From Nitrososphaera sp. (lineage in GTDB: Archaea > Thermoproteota > EX4484-205 > JAAOZO01), in contig JBAMLO010000049.1 in the NCBI GenBank assembly GCA_039793485.1, positions 4,157 to 68,156 of the forward strand: a DNA stretch of 64,000 nt, given 5' to 3'. The notes under the pieces were generated by a model, which was not told the DNA's origin, ran no database searches, and saw only the letters and a program-made list of their open reading frames with translations. Numbering within the stretch: position 1 is the first letter of the stretch; each line of letters opens with the position of its first letter. This document shows, one piece after another, positions 10,027 through 19,573 of the stretch. The position numbers and the translations under genes are program-made.

Positions 10027-10085
10027 CTTTTGCTTAAGTTTGTGAGTTAGAAACTTTTTATACTTTTCCTTATTTCTTTTTCGCT

Positions 10086-10820
10086 ATGAAAAAAGCAACT
10101 TTAGTTGTAATTGGCGGCAGTGGAACTTCGGACTTGTTTCCACTAGAAGAAAGCGAGGAAGTAAGTACTCCCTATGGAAAAAGTCTTGTTTATTGGGTGC
10201 GTGTTGCGGGCAGGGATGTGGCTTTTATCAGTAGGCATGGTCTAGCGCACAGTCTTCCTCCTCATAAGGTGAACTATAGGGCGAACATATACACTGCTAA
10301 GCAGTTAAGTGATAATGGTTATGTTGTAGCAACTAACGCCGTAGGGTCGTTGAACAAGAGAATGCGTCCCGGGGAGCTAGTTCTTGCAGATCAGGTTATA
10401 GATTTTACGAAGGGGCGAACTTACACCTTTTTTGATGGTGCTAATGGAAAAGTTGTTCATACTGACGTAACCTTTCCCTTTTCTAGTTTGCTTACTTCAA
10501 AGATACTAATGGCTTCTAAAAAATTGGGTCTAAGAATACACCCTAAGGGAACTTATGTTTGCACGGAAGGACCACGGTTTGAAACAGCTGCAGAAATAAA
10601 GATGTTCAAGAAAATTGGAGGCGATTTAGTTGGAATGACCTTAGTTCCAGAAGTTTTTCTTGCAAAAGAATTAAGTCTTGAGTATGCATCGATTTGCATT
10701 GTAACAAATTGGGCTGCTGGAATTGCAAAAAAAGTTTCTAGTGAAGAGGTTTTACAGGTAATGAAAAATCTTGCTCCAAAGTTAAAGTTGCTGTTAGAAG
10801 AAACCATAAAACTTATTTAA
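10086..10820 (+). CDS. mtnP: S-methyl-5'-thioadenosine phosphorylase / purine nucleoside phosphorylase family
   Basis: PNP/MTAP fold signatures: the VIGGSG N-terminus and the TNAVGSL and GMTLVPE motifs. It sits next to the MTA deaminase. Confidence 0.75.
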   Translation: MKKATLVVIGGSGTSDLFPLEESEEVSTPYGKSLVYWVRVAGRDVAFISRHGLAHSLPPHKVNYRANIYTAKQLSDNGYVVATNAVGSLNKRMRPGELVLADQVIDFTKGRTYTFFDGANGKVVHTDVTFPFSSLLTSKILMASKKLGLRIHPKGTYVCTEGPRFETAAEIKMFKKIGGDLVGMTLVPEVFLAKELSLEYASICIVTNWAAGIAKKVSSEEVLQVMKNLAPKLKLLLEETIKLI

Positions 10821-10842
10821 GACGAAAAATTAAAAATATTCC

Positions 10843-12171
10843 ATGGGTCTGGTAATAAAAAATGGCATCGTACTAACAGGAGAAAAAATAATTAGCGAAG
10901 GAGTTGTCGTTGTAGAAGATGACACTATTGTTGATGTTGGGGACGAAAATCTTATCTCCAAGTATTCTTCTTACGAAAAGTTAGATGCGAAAGGATGCAT
11001 AGTAATGCCTGGTATGATAAACACGCATACGCACGCAGCAATGTCTGTTCTAAGAGGGTACGCTGAAGATTTACCGCTTCACGAGTGGTTACAGAATAAA
11101 ATTTGGCCAGTCGAAGCTAAACTAACACCAAAAGATATTGAACTGGGTGCGACTCTTGGAGCATATGAGTCGCTCTTGTTTGGAGTAACTACTTTAAATT
11201 CAATGTACTTTTATTCAAAGGAAGCAAGCGAGGCTCACGCTTTCGCTAAAGTTGGCATTCGAGCCGTCGTTGGCCATGGCATCTTTGAGACTACTAAAGA
11301 TACTGGGTTCAAGTTAACAGAAGAGCTTACCAAAACATGGCATGGTTATGATAAAGGAAGAATAAGGGTAAGTGTTGATCCCCATGCGCCCTATACAGTG
11401 GGCCCAGGTACGTTTAAAGAGTCAGTTAATCTAGCTAATGAACTTAATGAAAAATATCATGAAAAGGGCAAGATACTTGTTCATACACATGTTGCAGAAT
11501 CTTTTCAGGAGGCTGAATCTATAAAAAAGAACTTTAACGTTAACTTCGATGGTGGTGTTGTGAACTATCTCAACAACTTAGGCATCCTCTCGCCAAACCT
11601 TATAGCGGCTCACATGGTTCATGTTTCAGATGAAGAAATTAGTTTGTTGGCAAAAAACAACGTAAAAGTCTCTCTAAACTTAGTTTCTAACCTAAAGCTT
11701 GGCATGGGCGTTGCTCCGTACTTAAAGCTTAGGGATTTTGGAGTTGTAACTAGCTTAGGAACGGACAGCGCTGCTTCAAATAATGCTCTGGACATTCTAG
11801 AGTCAGCTAAGCTTCTCGCATTACTCTATAGGGGGCTTACACGAAAAGCAGATGCGGTTAAGTCTTATGAAGTTTTTAAGTTAATGACGGTCGAGGGTGC
11901 CAAGGCTTTGTGCTGGGAAAATGAAATCGGAAGGCTAGAGAAAGGATACAAAGCAGACATAGTTGTCTTAAGTTTGAAGAAAGTAAATGCGACCCCTCTT
12001 TATGATCCTTACGCGCATCTAATTTTTTCAGCTAAATGCAACGACGTGCTACACGTATTCGTAAACGGAAAGCAACTTGTTCAAAATGGATCAATAGTTG
12101 GATTAAACTACGAAGAATTCTTTAAAGAAGTAAATAAGCTAAAAGACAAGATTATCTCCATGTCGAGCTAA
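10843..12171 (+). CDS. mtaD: 5-methylthioadenosine/S-adenosylhomocysteine (5'-deoxyadenosine) deaminase, amidohydrolase superfamily
   Basis: HxH metal motif (INTHTHAAM). The size and layout match the MtaD/TRZ/ATZ family. Confidence 0.7.
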   Translation: MGLVIKNGIVLTGEKIISEGVVVVEDDTIVDVGDENLISKYSSYEKLDAKGCIVMPGMINTHTHAAMSVLRGYAEDLPLHEWLQNKIWPVEAKLTPKDIELGATLGAYESLLFGVTTLNSMYFYSKEASEAHAFAKVGIRAVVGHGIFETTKDTGFKLTEELTKTWHGYDKGRIRVSVDPHAPYTVGPGTFKESVNLANELNEKYHEKGKILVHTHVAESFQEAESIKKNFNVNFDGGVVNYLNNLGILSPNLIAAHMVHVSDEEISLLAKNNVKVSLNLVSNLKLGMGVAPYLKLRDFGVVTSLGTDSAASNNALDILESAKLLALLYRGLTRKADAVKSYEVFKLMTVEGAKALCWENEIGRLEKGYKADIVVLSLKKVNATPLYDPYAHLIFSAKCNDVLHVFVNGKQLVQNGSIVGLNYEEFFKEVNKLKDKIISMSS

Positions 12172-12173
12172 GT

Positions 12174-12386
12174 TTAAACTTCTTTTATCTTATTCTCCTT
12201 CCTTAACTCTTCCAATACGGAGTACAGCTCCCAGAGATGGCAGTTAACTTCTTTCCAAATTTCTCCGCTCCTAGCAGTTCTTTTAGCTTTTATTACATTA
12301 AGCACTTTTCTCTTTAACTCGTCTTTGTCCTGAGTTACAACCATGTCAAGATGAGGCCCAACAACTATTGGTTCTTCGTTACTCAT
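12174..12386 (-). CDS. Small hypothetical protein (possible winged-helix)
   Basis: 70-aa ORF that abuts the mtaD stop. Confidence 0.25.
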   Translation of the reverse strand: MSNEEPIVVGPHLDMVVTQDKDELKRKVLNVIKAKRTARSGEIWKEVNCHLWELYSVLEELRKENKIKEV

Positions 12387-12504
12387 GTTAACTTTTCTAG
12401 TAAATGAAAGTCGAGTATGCTTTTTAAGCTTTTTATTTTCATTTTCGTGTTGCTTGTTATATTAATTAAAATAAAGTTTTACTGTTCTTTTATTGGCCAA
12501 AAAG

Positions 12505-12512
12505 TTAATAAA
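12505..12512 (+). promoter_or_regulatory. Archaeal TATA box (TTAATAAA) with an A-rich BRE-like upstream sequence
   Basis: Lies 27 nt upstream of the ATG at 12539. This fits a leaderless archaeal promoter for the histone-fold gene. Confidence 0.4.
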
Positions 12513-12529
12513 GTCTACCCTCTCTTTAG

Positions 12530-12742
12530 GTGGTAGCAATGTCTCAAGAAGAAAAGAAGGAGGAAAAAGAAACAAGCTACATAACAAAATCTGCTGTAAG
12601 AGAATTCTTCAAGCAAAAGAACAAAAGAGTTGCTGAAGATGCTCTTGATGCTCTTAACAAGCAAGTAGAAGCATTACTTGCTAAAGCTGCAGAAAGGGCA
12701 GAAATGAACAAGAGAGCGACGATACAACCACAGGACTTCTAA
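12530..12742 (+). CDS. Histone-fold protein (archaeal histone-like / DUF1931-like)
   Basis: The pattern ITKSAVREFF..RVAEDALDALNKQVEALLAKAAERAEMNKRATI matches the alpha1-L1-alpha2-L2 pattern of archaeal histones (RVS.DA...L......A...A...RKTI). The true start is probably the ATG at 12539. Confidence 0.45.
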   Translation: MVAMSQEEKKEEKETSYITKSAVREFFKQKNKRVAEDALDALNKQVEALLAKAAERAEMNKRATIQPQDF

Positions 12743-12806
12743 ACCCTACAATAAAGTTCGATGAATAAATTTTTATTTTTGCATATCAGGTTGTTCTTCG
12801 GTCAAC

Positions 12807-13601
12807 TTGTCTCCAAACTTTTGCCCTGAGCCAGAAGGAAATGAAGGTAAAGTCAAAGCAGTAGTACTTGCTGGAGGCGAGGGCTTACGGCTAAGGCCGC
12901 TAACCTATTATTTTCAAAAATGTATGGTTCCAATAGGCTCTAAACAAAAACCTCTATTAGAGTATGTTATTCGGTTGCTAAAGTACCACAACATAACAGA
13001 AGTATGTATTCTTGCTGGGTATAAGGCAGATCAAATAGAAAATTACTTTGATGATGGAAGCAGATTTGGTGTAAAAATAACTTACGTTCTCGACGCTCCA
13101 AACATGAAGGGCACTGCATGTGCTTTATTGAATGCATACTTAGCTGGTGCTTTAAGTGAAAACGACCTATTACTAATTTACTATGGAGATATCTTAACAA
13201 ACCTAAACATCAAAGAGGTTTTGAATTATCACAAAGAAAAGAAGGCAACAGCAACGGTTGTGCTTTCTATGAACTATCCTATACAAGTAGGAACGGCTGA
13301 ACTTTCAAATGATTTTCGCATAGTTAAGTTCATTGAAAAACCAGACCTAAAAGTTCCAGTCAGCATAGGAGTCTTAGTTTTAAGTGGTAAGATCCTTACG
13401 TACTTAAGGCAGATGTGGAACGGAAGTCACTGTGATTTAGATCTTATGCGTGATTTAATTCCTTTCCTTATTTCTAAGAACGAAAATGTCTTTGGCTTCA
13501 TAACTTCCTCTTTTTGGTACGATGTGGGAACTACTGAGAAATATGAGAAACTTTCTAACTACACGATAGAAAAGGAACTAAGTTTTCTTTTCTATCGCTA
13601 G
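12807..13601 (+). CDS. Sugar-phosphate nucleotidyltransferase (NDP-sugar pyrophosphorylase)
   Basis: N-terminal AVVLAGGEGLRLRPLT matches the G-x-G-x-R-L motif of glucose-1-P thymidylyl- and mannose-1-P guanylyltransferases. Confidence 0.7.
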   Translation: MSPNFCPEPEGNEGKVKAVVLAGGEGLRLRPLTYYFQKCMVPIGSKQKPLLEYVIRLLKYHNITEVCILAGYKADQIENYFDDGSRFGVKITYVLDAPNMKGTACALLNAYLAGALSENDLLLIYYGDILTNLNIKEVLNYHKEKKATATVVLSMNYPIQVGTAELSNDFRIVKFIEKPDLKVPVSIGVLVLSGKILTYLRQMWNGSHCDLDLMRDLIPFLISKNENVFGFITSSFWYDVGTTEKYEKLSNYTIEKELSFLFYR

Positions 13602-13698
13602 ATTTTTGATTCTCTAAAATATTTTTAACCTTAATTTCTAAGATAGACGTGAAGGTGAGCAGTCTCTGAGATACATTCGTGACTATAGACTAGAAACG

Positions 13699-14052
13699 GT
13701 GTTGAGCAAAATTATAAGAGATCTTGAGTTACATTATATTCGTCCAGAAAGGGTTCGCGTTGTTAGAAGCAGGGGTAGTCATTCGATAGGCACCGTAGCA
13801 AGAATTCATGGGTTACCAAAATGCGTCCAAGTTGGCTTAGGGCTCGAACCAAGCTATGTAATCGAGATAATAGACGAAAAATTCAATTCTTTAAACAAAC
13901 AACAGAAAATTAGAGTTCTGATACACGAACTTCTTCATATTCCGAGTAATTTTGGGGGTGGGGTTTTAGCCCATGCTCGAAAAAACTTTTCAAAACTTGA
14001 GGAACTTTATTTTTCAAAACTTGAGGATACTTTAGATTCGTATCAACTTTGA
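13699..14052 (+). CDS. Small putative zinc metallopeptidase/hydrolase (HExxH motif)
   Basis: IHELLHIP contains HELLH. Size is 117 aa. Confidence 0.3.
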   Translation: MLSKIIRDLELHYIRPERVRVVRSRGSHSIGTVARIHGLPKCVQVGLGLEPSYVIEIIDEKFNSLNKQQKIRVLIHELLHIPSNFGGGVLAHARKNFSKLEELYFSKLEDTLDSYQL

Positions 14053-14129
14053 ACTTTTAAGGCTTTTGATCTAAAGTAGGAGTTTAGCAAAAGAGTTAAA
14101 TTTAGGCTAGGTGGAACCTCTTGTAGGAA

Positions 14130-14786
14130 GTGGAAATGGTAAGGATTGAGTGGTTGGGGCATGCTTGCTTCTTCATTCAACACGAACAAACTAAAATTGT
14201 AGTAGACCCCTTTGAAACTTCTTCTGGTATTCGTTATCCAAAGATCGATAAAGTTGCCAATTACGTATTGGTTTCGCATGAGCACTTTGACCATAACAAC
14301 GTTAAAGTTGTTAAAGGTAATCCAAAAATCATAAGGTCTCCCACAGAGCTAGCAGAAGACGGAGTAAAAATAAAAGGTGTTCCTGAATTTCATGATAAAT
14401 CAATGGGAAAAGAGAGAGGAAAAATTACTGTGTTCAAGATCTCTTTGGGTGGTATAGATATTGTTCATTTAGGAGATCTTGGCGAAGTTCCAAGTTCGGA
14501 ATTCAAAAATAAAATAGGTAACGTAGACGTACTATTAGTTCCTGTTGGTGGTACTTACACTATAAATTCGGAAGAAGCGGATGAAGTTGTGAAATTGCTT
14601 AATCCTAAAGTAGTTATACCTATGCATTACAGAACAGAATACCTTGATTTTCCAATAGATGGTGTTGAGAAATTCTTGAAGAATAAGACAAATGTAAAAA
14701 GGTTTGAAACTAATTGGGTAGAAATAACTAAAGCCGAACTTCCAGACAAGCAAACAATATATTTGCTTGCTCCGCCTAAAAAATAA
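14130..14786 (+). CDS. Metallo-beta-lactamase-fold hydrolase (UPF0173-like)
   Basis: The WLGHACF and VSHEHFDH motifs are typical of the MBL fold. Confidence 0.7.
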   Translation: MEMVRIEWLGHACFFIQHEQTKIVVDPFETSSGIRYPKIDKVANYVLVSHEHFDHNNVKVVKGNPKIIRSPTELAEDGVKIKGVPEFHDKSMGKERGKITVFKISLGGIDIVHLGDLGEVPSSEFKNKIGNVDVLLVPVGGTYTINSEEADEVVKLLNPKVVIPMHYRTEYLDFPIDGVEKFLKNKTNVKRFETNWVEITKAELPDKQTIYLLAPPKK

Positions 14787-14860
14787 GTCGAAAGTTCATA
14801 TTAACGTAAGCACAGCCCAAAAAATTCGCTGAAATTATGATGAGTTCGGAGTAGGTAGTT

Positions 14861-16597
14861 ATGAAGACTTCTCACGAATTAAAACAACTTCATGTCTTCA
14901 GTTTCCTGTTTAGCTGCACTAAAAAGCTAAGATTTAGTTTCGTTTTAGTCCCGTTTCTTTTTCTGTTTTTCTTCCTCTTTTCACCAAGTTATCAAGTTAA
15001 AGTTAATTACTACAATACTTCTTTTTGGGATCTCTCTTCCGTTAACAAGCCAACAAATTTTTCACTTGGGACTTGGAGAGTTGTTGATGGCGTAGAAGTT
15101 GCAGAAGTAAACTATACCAGCGAAATCTATGGAGGAGAAAAAGTGGTAATAAATGGCTACATAGCAAGACCGTTTCAAGAAGGCGTTTTTCCGGCTATCC
15201 TTCTAATGCATGGCTCTTATGGTACAGCAGACTCGATGCTACCCTTTGCAATTGAACTTGCAAAAAGAGGCTACGTTGCATTATCGATCTCTGGCCCCGG
15301 TCAAGGAAAGTCAACTGGCCCATCAGAATCTAACGAAAATAGGCTTAACTTGTCCAGTTCTCCCTATTTTTCGTACTACTACCGCCTAACTTATTCTGCG
15401 TTACGCGGAGTAACCTTACTTTTAGAGTTGCCTTTTGTTAACAAGTCTGCTGTTGCAGTGTGTGGTGCCTCTCAGGGAGGCCTCGAATCCATCTGGATTG
15501 CTGCTCTCGACAAAAGAATAAGAACAAGCGTTCCTGTAGTTGCTGGAGGCGATTTTCCTTACTTAATATCAAGCGGATCTCTTGCTTTGGGGCATATTCC
15601 AAAAAATGAAAGTGCGTCTTCTCAAAAGGCTTTGAAGCTAGCTGAATTTTTTGACCCAATAGGCTATGCTAAAGAAATAAAAGTTCCAATACTTTTTTTA
15701 GTTGGTACTTCTGATGAGTTCTTTCCGTTTTTTAGCTTCAATGAAACATACTCTTCTATCAACAGCATAAAATCAATAGATATGCTTCCAAACGTTGGCC
15801 ACTTTAAGGTGCAAGCTGCTTGGGTTAACTCGGCGCTTATATGGTTTAATTACTGGTTAAAAAATGAAGGTCGTTTACCAAGTGTAAGTATCTTGAGTTA
15901 TAAAGTTGAGAAAGACAAAGTAGAGATAAATGTTGCTGGCAACAATGTAGATTCTGTTGTAGTTAACTACAGGTACGATATGCCTTGGGATCGGTGGAAA
16001 ACCAAGAAGCTTGAGGTAAAAAGCGGCTTCTTTTCGGGTTATGTTGAAAAACCTCTCTTTGGTTCATTGTACTTTTACGCTGGAGGCATAGTAAATGGAG
16101 AACAAGTAGTATCTTCAGAAGTAAGAGCTGTGAAGAGTTCCATCTTTGATTCTTTTGTATTTCTGCTCTTTATTTTTTCTTTGGTAACTCCTCTGTTTCT
16201 AGTGGTAATAAGTCTTGGTTTAGATTGGTTTGCATCATTTCAAAGAGGGTTAATATTCTTTTTCAACTGGCTTTCTTACTTTCTTCCGATAATAGTCGTG
16301 TCCAAGGCAGTACCTCTTACAGTTTGGACTTTCTTTAGAACCTATGAGCTTCATATTCCGCAACTCGTTTCTCTCTTGTTCGTTCTATCCTTTTTCATAT
16401 TGCTCCTTTTTTCTTCAATTTCTGATTTGAACCTAATCCTCTCGCTACTTACAACTTTTACAATTAGTTTGGTATTTTACTTAGCTGTAAGCAACTTGCT
16501 TGGAAACTACGTTGAAATCATCCCAAGCTCCGCAATCCTCTTTCAATTACTTTGTCTCATTATAGTTTCCCTTGAAACTAAGTTTAGAAAGGATTAA
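14861..16597 (+). CDS. Alpha/beta-hydrolase (dienelactone hydrolase / acetyl-xylan-esterase-like) fused to a C-terminal multi-TM domain
   Basis: N-terminal hydrophobic segment. Nucleophile elbow GASQGG and a downstream HGSYG-type oxyanion region. The last roughly 150 aa form several hydrophobic helices. Confidence 0.55.
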   Translation: MKTSHELKQLHVFSFLFSCTKKLRFSFVLVPFLFLFFFLFSPSYQVKVNYYNTSFWDLSSVNKPTNFSLGTWRVVDGVEVAEVNYTSEIYGGEKVVINGYIARPFQEGVFPAILLMHGSYGTADSMLPFAIELAKRGYVALSISGPGQGKSTGPSESNENRLNLSSSPYFSYYYRLTYSALRGVTLLLELPFVNKSAVAVCGASQGGLESIWIAALDKRIRTSVPVVAGGDFPYLISSGSLALGHIPKNESASSQKALKLAEFFDPIGYAKEIKVPILFLVGTSDEFFPFFSFNETYSSINSIKSIDMLPNVGHFKVQAAWVNSALIWFNYWLKNEGRLPSVSILSYKVEKDKVEINVAGNNVDSVVVNYRYDMPWDRWKTKKLEVKSGFFSGYVEKPLFGSLYFYAGGIVNGEQVVSSEVRAVKSSIFDSFVFLLFIFSLVTPLFLVVISLGLDWFASFQRGLIFFFNWLSYFLPIIVVSKAVPLTVWTFFRTYELHIPQLVSLLFVLSFFILLLFSSISDLNLILSLLTTFTISLVFYLAVSNLLGNYVEIIPSSAILFQLLCLIIVSLETKFRKD

Positions 16598-16630
16598 AAA
16601 TAAAAAATTTATTAAACAAAGTATTTTTTC

Positions 16631-17017
16631 TTAGCTAACTTCGTCTGAAAAGCTTATCTCAATTTTTCCATATTCTAAAGTTCTTGAGTTAATTGTAATT
16701 TTGTGCGTTCCGGGCTGCAGTCCTCCCTCCTTTCTCACGATAAACGTTACTTCATCGCCTATATCAAAAGGCATACTTCTTGTTTCTAGTTCCTTTACAC
16801 TAAATTCGTTCTCCCCCTTTCTTATTGAAACTAATTCTGGTTCAATTGGTGTTTCATCTACTAATATGTTTAGTGTTCCCTTTATCGTTCCGGATCCTAA
16901 GTTGTTTCTTAGTTTAAACGAATAGCCCTTTATCTGGTCTCCCTCCTTTATGTTCTGCAGACTGCCTTTTACGTAAAGTTGTCTCAACATGAACGATGGT
17001 ATCATGTTTTCACACAC
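16631..17017 (-). CDS. Hypothetical protein
   Basis: 128-aa ORF. No motif recognised. Confidence 0.3.
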   Translation of the reverse strand: MCENMIPSFMLRQLYVKGSLQNIKEGDQIKGYSFKLRNNLGSGTIKGTLNILVDETPIEPELVSIRKGENEFSVKELETRSMPFDIGDEVTFIVRKEGGLQPGTHKITINSRTLEYGKIEISFSDEVS

Positions 17018-17124
17018 CGATTTATGTCTAAGGTGCTAAGTAAGATAAATACTTTTCCTTTTCAAAGCAAGCATACTAAACGCAAAAATAAAAAACTGAG
17101 TGAAAAATTCTAGAGTTAAATCTT

Positions 17125-18168
17125 TTAAAAACAGTACTTTTTCTCGAATTCTCTTACAGCTGATTCTATGCTTTTTTGGCTTGGAGTTTTCTTGAAGCCA
17201 AAGTTGCATATTTCGCTAACGGCTCCATACTCTCCTTTTCTCACAGAATACTTCACTGCGCGAATCACATCGAGTAGTACGTTGGTAGCGTTTGGGGCAT
17301 CTTCTGTAGTCAGTAATAAGTCGATAGTGTACTTCTTTCCCAGAAGTCCCTCAGCCTCAAACCAAAAGTGGCTTACTCTCCTATTTTTCATAAATTCTAC
17401 GTAGTCTGTAGTTCCGGTAACAACTTCATATGAGTCTCCAACTTCTGAAACGATTGCGTTTGTTTTTATATTCTTTTTTAGTTCTTTAAGGTCTTCGTCC
17501 ATAGTGTTCAGACTTTCCAGGCCTCCACCAACATCGACTTGGTAACTCTTTACTGCTGAGATTCCTCTAAGTTTCATGAAGTTCAGTATTCCTCTATGTA
17601 ATGCTGTTCCTCCAAATTGGCTCATTAAGTCATCTCCAACAACAACAAGCCTTCTTTCTTCAAATTTTTTTGCAATTGTTGGATTACTTGCTATCGTAGA
17701 AGGCGTAGCATTTACTAAAGAAACTCCTACATTTAACGCTTGTTCTGCGTAAGCTTCAGAAGTTTTCTGCAAACCACTTGATATTGTGAGAAGAAGTATT
17801 TCTGCGCCGGAGTCTGCAAGAACTTTGCCTATATTTTCTGGGGTTTCTGTTTTCGCAATTCTTAGTTTGTCTTTTGCAAAATAAGAGATTTCATCTAGCA
17901 AAATTCCTCTTCGCACTCTTACCTCTTCCCCTACTGTTATGCCACTTAAATTTACAACATTTGGTTCTGTTGTAGCTGCTTCGTTGAGTGGTTTTCCAAT
18001 TTTTCTTTCATCTATGTCAAAAGCAGCTACGATCTCTATATCTTTTACTGCTATGCCCCCTACTTTTTGATGCCATATTCCCTCAGGTTCATCCTTTAGG
18101 CTTAACGTCTTAAGAAGGTAAGCGATACTGTTTCCTACCCCCGCAACTGCAACCTTAACTTTTTCCAT
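17125..18168 (-). CDS. myo-Inositol-1-phosphate synthase family protein (Ino1-like NAD-binding Rossmann protein)
   Basis: N-terminal VKVAVAGVGNSIAYLL matches the MIPS signature VRVAIVGVGNCASSLVQG. The central GDD...GxT region is also consistent. Confidence 0.5.
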   Translation of the reverse strand: MEKVKVAVAGVGNSIAYLLKTLSLKDEPEGIWHQKVGGIAVKDIEIVAAFDIDERKIGKPLNEAATTEPNVVNLSGITVGEEVRVRRGILLDEISYFAKDKLRIAKTETPENIGKVLADSGAEILLLTISSGLQKTSEAYAEQALNVGVSLVNATPSTIASNPTIAKKFEERRLVVVGDDLMSQFGGTALHRGILNFMKLRGISAVKSYQVDVGGGLESLNTMDEDLKELKKNIKTNAIVSEVGDSYEVVTGTTDYVEFMKNRRVSHFWFEAEGLLGKKYTIDLLLTTEDAPNATNVLLDVIRAVKYSVRKGEYGAVSEICNFGFKKTPSQKSIESAVREFEKKYCF

Positions 18169-18325
18169 AGCATCAGATGGACTTTTAATGGTTTTAAATC
18201 TTAACTCTTTTCTCTTTGGACCTAAAATTAAGTACTCTAAAGCAACCTGTGTTTTGGAGAATTTAAAGTTATAGTTAACGGAAAGTACTGAAAGTTTTTA
18301 TTTTTCTATTTTTCCTTTACAAGGC

Positions 18326-19522
18326 ATGAGCTTTATCGAAAGTTTAGAAAAAATTAGAGCAAAACCTAAAAAAAGGATAGTTGGCCTCATGTCGGGAACT
18401 TCTGCTGACGGTGTTACTGCTTCATTGGTTGAAGTTGAAGGGAACTACACAGGTACGAAGGTGAACCTAATAAATTATCACACTTATCCGTATGATGAGC
18501 ATGTAAGAGCACTAATTTTTGAGTTGTTTGACCCAAAGAAAAGTAACGTTGAGAAGATATGTGAAGCCAACTTTCTGTTGGGAGAAGTTTTTGCTAAAGC
18601 TGCTGTTGAAATAGTTAAAGATTCAAAATTAAACCTAAATGAAATTGACCTTATTGGTTCTCATGGTCAAACAATTTATCACATGCCTAAGGGAAAGCTG
18701 GTAAGGAAGTCAACACTACAGATAGGCGAATTAGCTGTAATCGCAGAAAGAACAGGAATAACAACAGTAGGAGACTTTAGGAAAAGAGATATAGCTGTTG
18801 GCGGCGACGGCGCACCACTTGTTCCTTATGTGGACTTCATACTTTTTAGAAGTGATAAAAAAAGCATAGTCATTCAGAACATTGGGGGAATTTCAAACTT
18901 AACGTTCTTGCCTTCTGGGTGCAGTGAAGAAGAAGTTGTTGCGTTTGATACTGGACCGGGAAACATGGTTATTGACTATCTTGTCAAAAAGTATACTTCT
19001 GGAAAACTTAACTACGATGTTGACGGCCAAATCGCATCTAGAGGTGAAGTTAGTAAAGAGCTTTTGAACTACTTTATGAGCAACGAATACTTTAGCATTC
19101 CTCCTCCAAAGTCAACAGGTAGAGAAGTTTTTGGTTCACATTTTGCTGAAAGCTTTGCTCTTCAAGGAGAAAAACTTGGCTTAAAGAAAGAAGATATAAT
19201 TGCAACAGCCACAGCTCTTACTGCTGAGTCGATAGTAAAGTCATACGAAGACTTTATTTTAAGCAAGGAAACCATAGACGAAGTCTACGTAGCAGGAGGT
19301 GGGCTAAAGAACAAGGCTCTAATCAACATGATAAGAAAAAGATTGCCCCAAATTCCCGTTCTTCCCTTTGATGTTCTAGGCTTTCCATCGGAAGCTCGAG
19401 AGTCAGTATACTTTGCAATTCTTGCCAACGAATTTATCCATGGCAATAAGACAAATCTGCCGAGTGCAACAGGAGCCAGTAAGAAGGTTTTACTTGGAAC
19501 TTTAGTGCCTGGAAATTTCTAA
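18326..19522 (+). CDS. anmK: Anhydro-N-acetylmuramic acid kinase-like (AnmK / 1,6-anhydro-sugar kinase, UPF0075)
   Basis: N-terminal GLMSGTSADGV is the AnmK family signature (GxMSGTSxDGID). Length is about 400 aa. Confidence 0.7.
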   Translation: MSFIESLEKIRAKPKKRIVGLMSGTSADGVTASLVEVEGNYTGTKVNLINYHTYPYDEHVRALIFELFDPKKSNVEKICEANFLLGEVFAKAAVEIVKDSKLNLNEIDLIGSHGQTIYHMPKGKLVRKSTLQIGELAVIAERTGITTVGDFRKRDIAVGGDGAPLVPYVDFILFRSDKKSIVIQNIGGISNLTFLPSGCSEEEVVAFDTGPGNMVIDYLVKKYTSGKLNYDVDGQIASRGEVSKELLNYFMSNEYFSIPPPKSTGREVFGSHFAESFALQGEKLGLKKEDIIATATALTAESIVKSYEDFILSKETIDEVYVAGGGLKNKALINMIRKRLPQIPVLPFDVLGFPSEARESVYFAILANEFIHGNKTNLPSATGASKKVLLGTLVPGNF

Positions 19523-19573
19523 AGAACAGCACAACAAAAGACTTTTTAAATACAAGTTCTTATTATTAAAACG

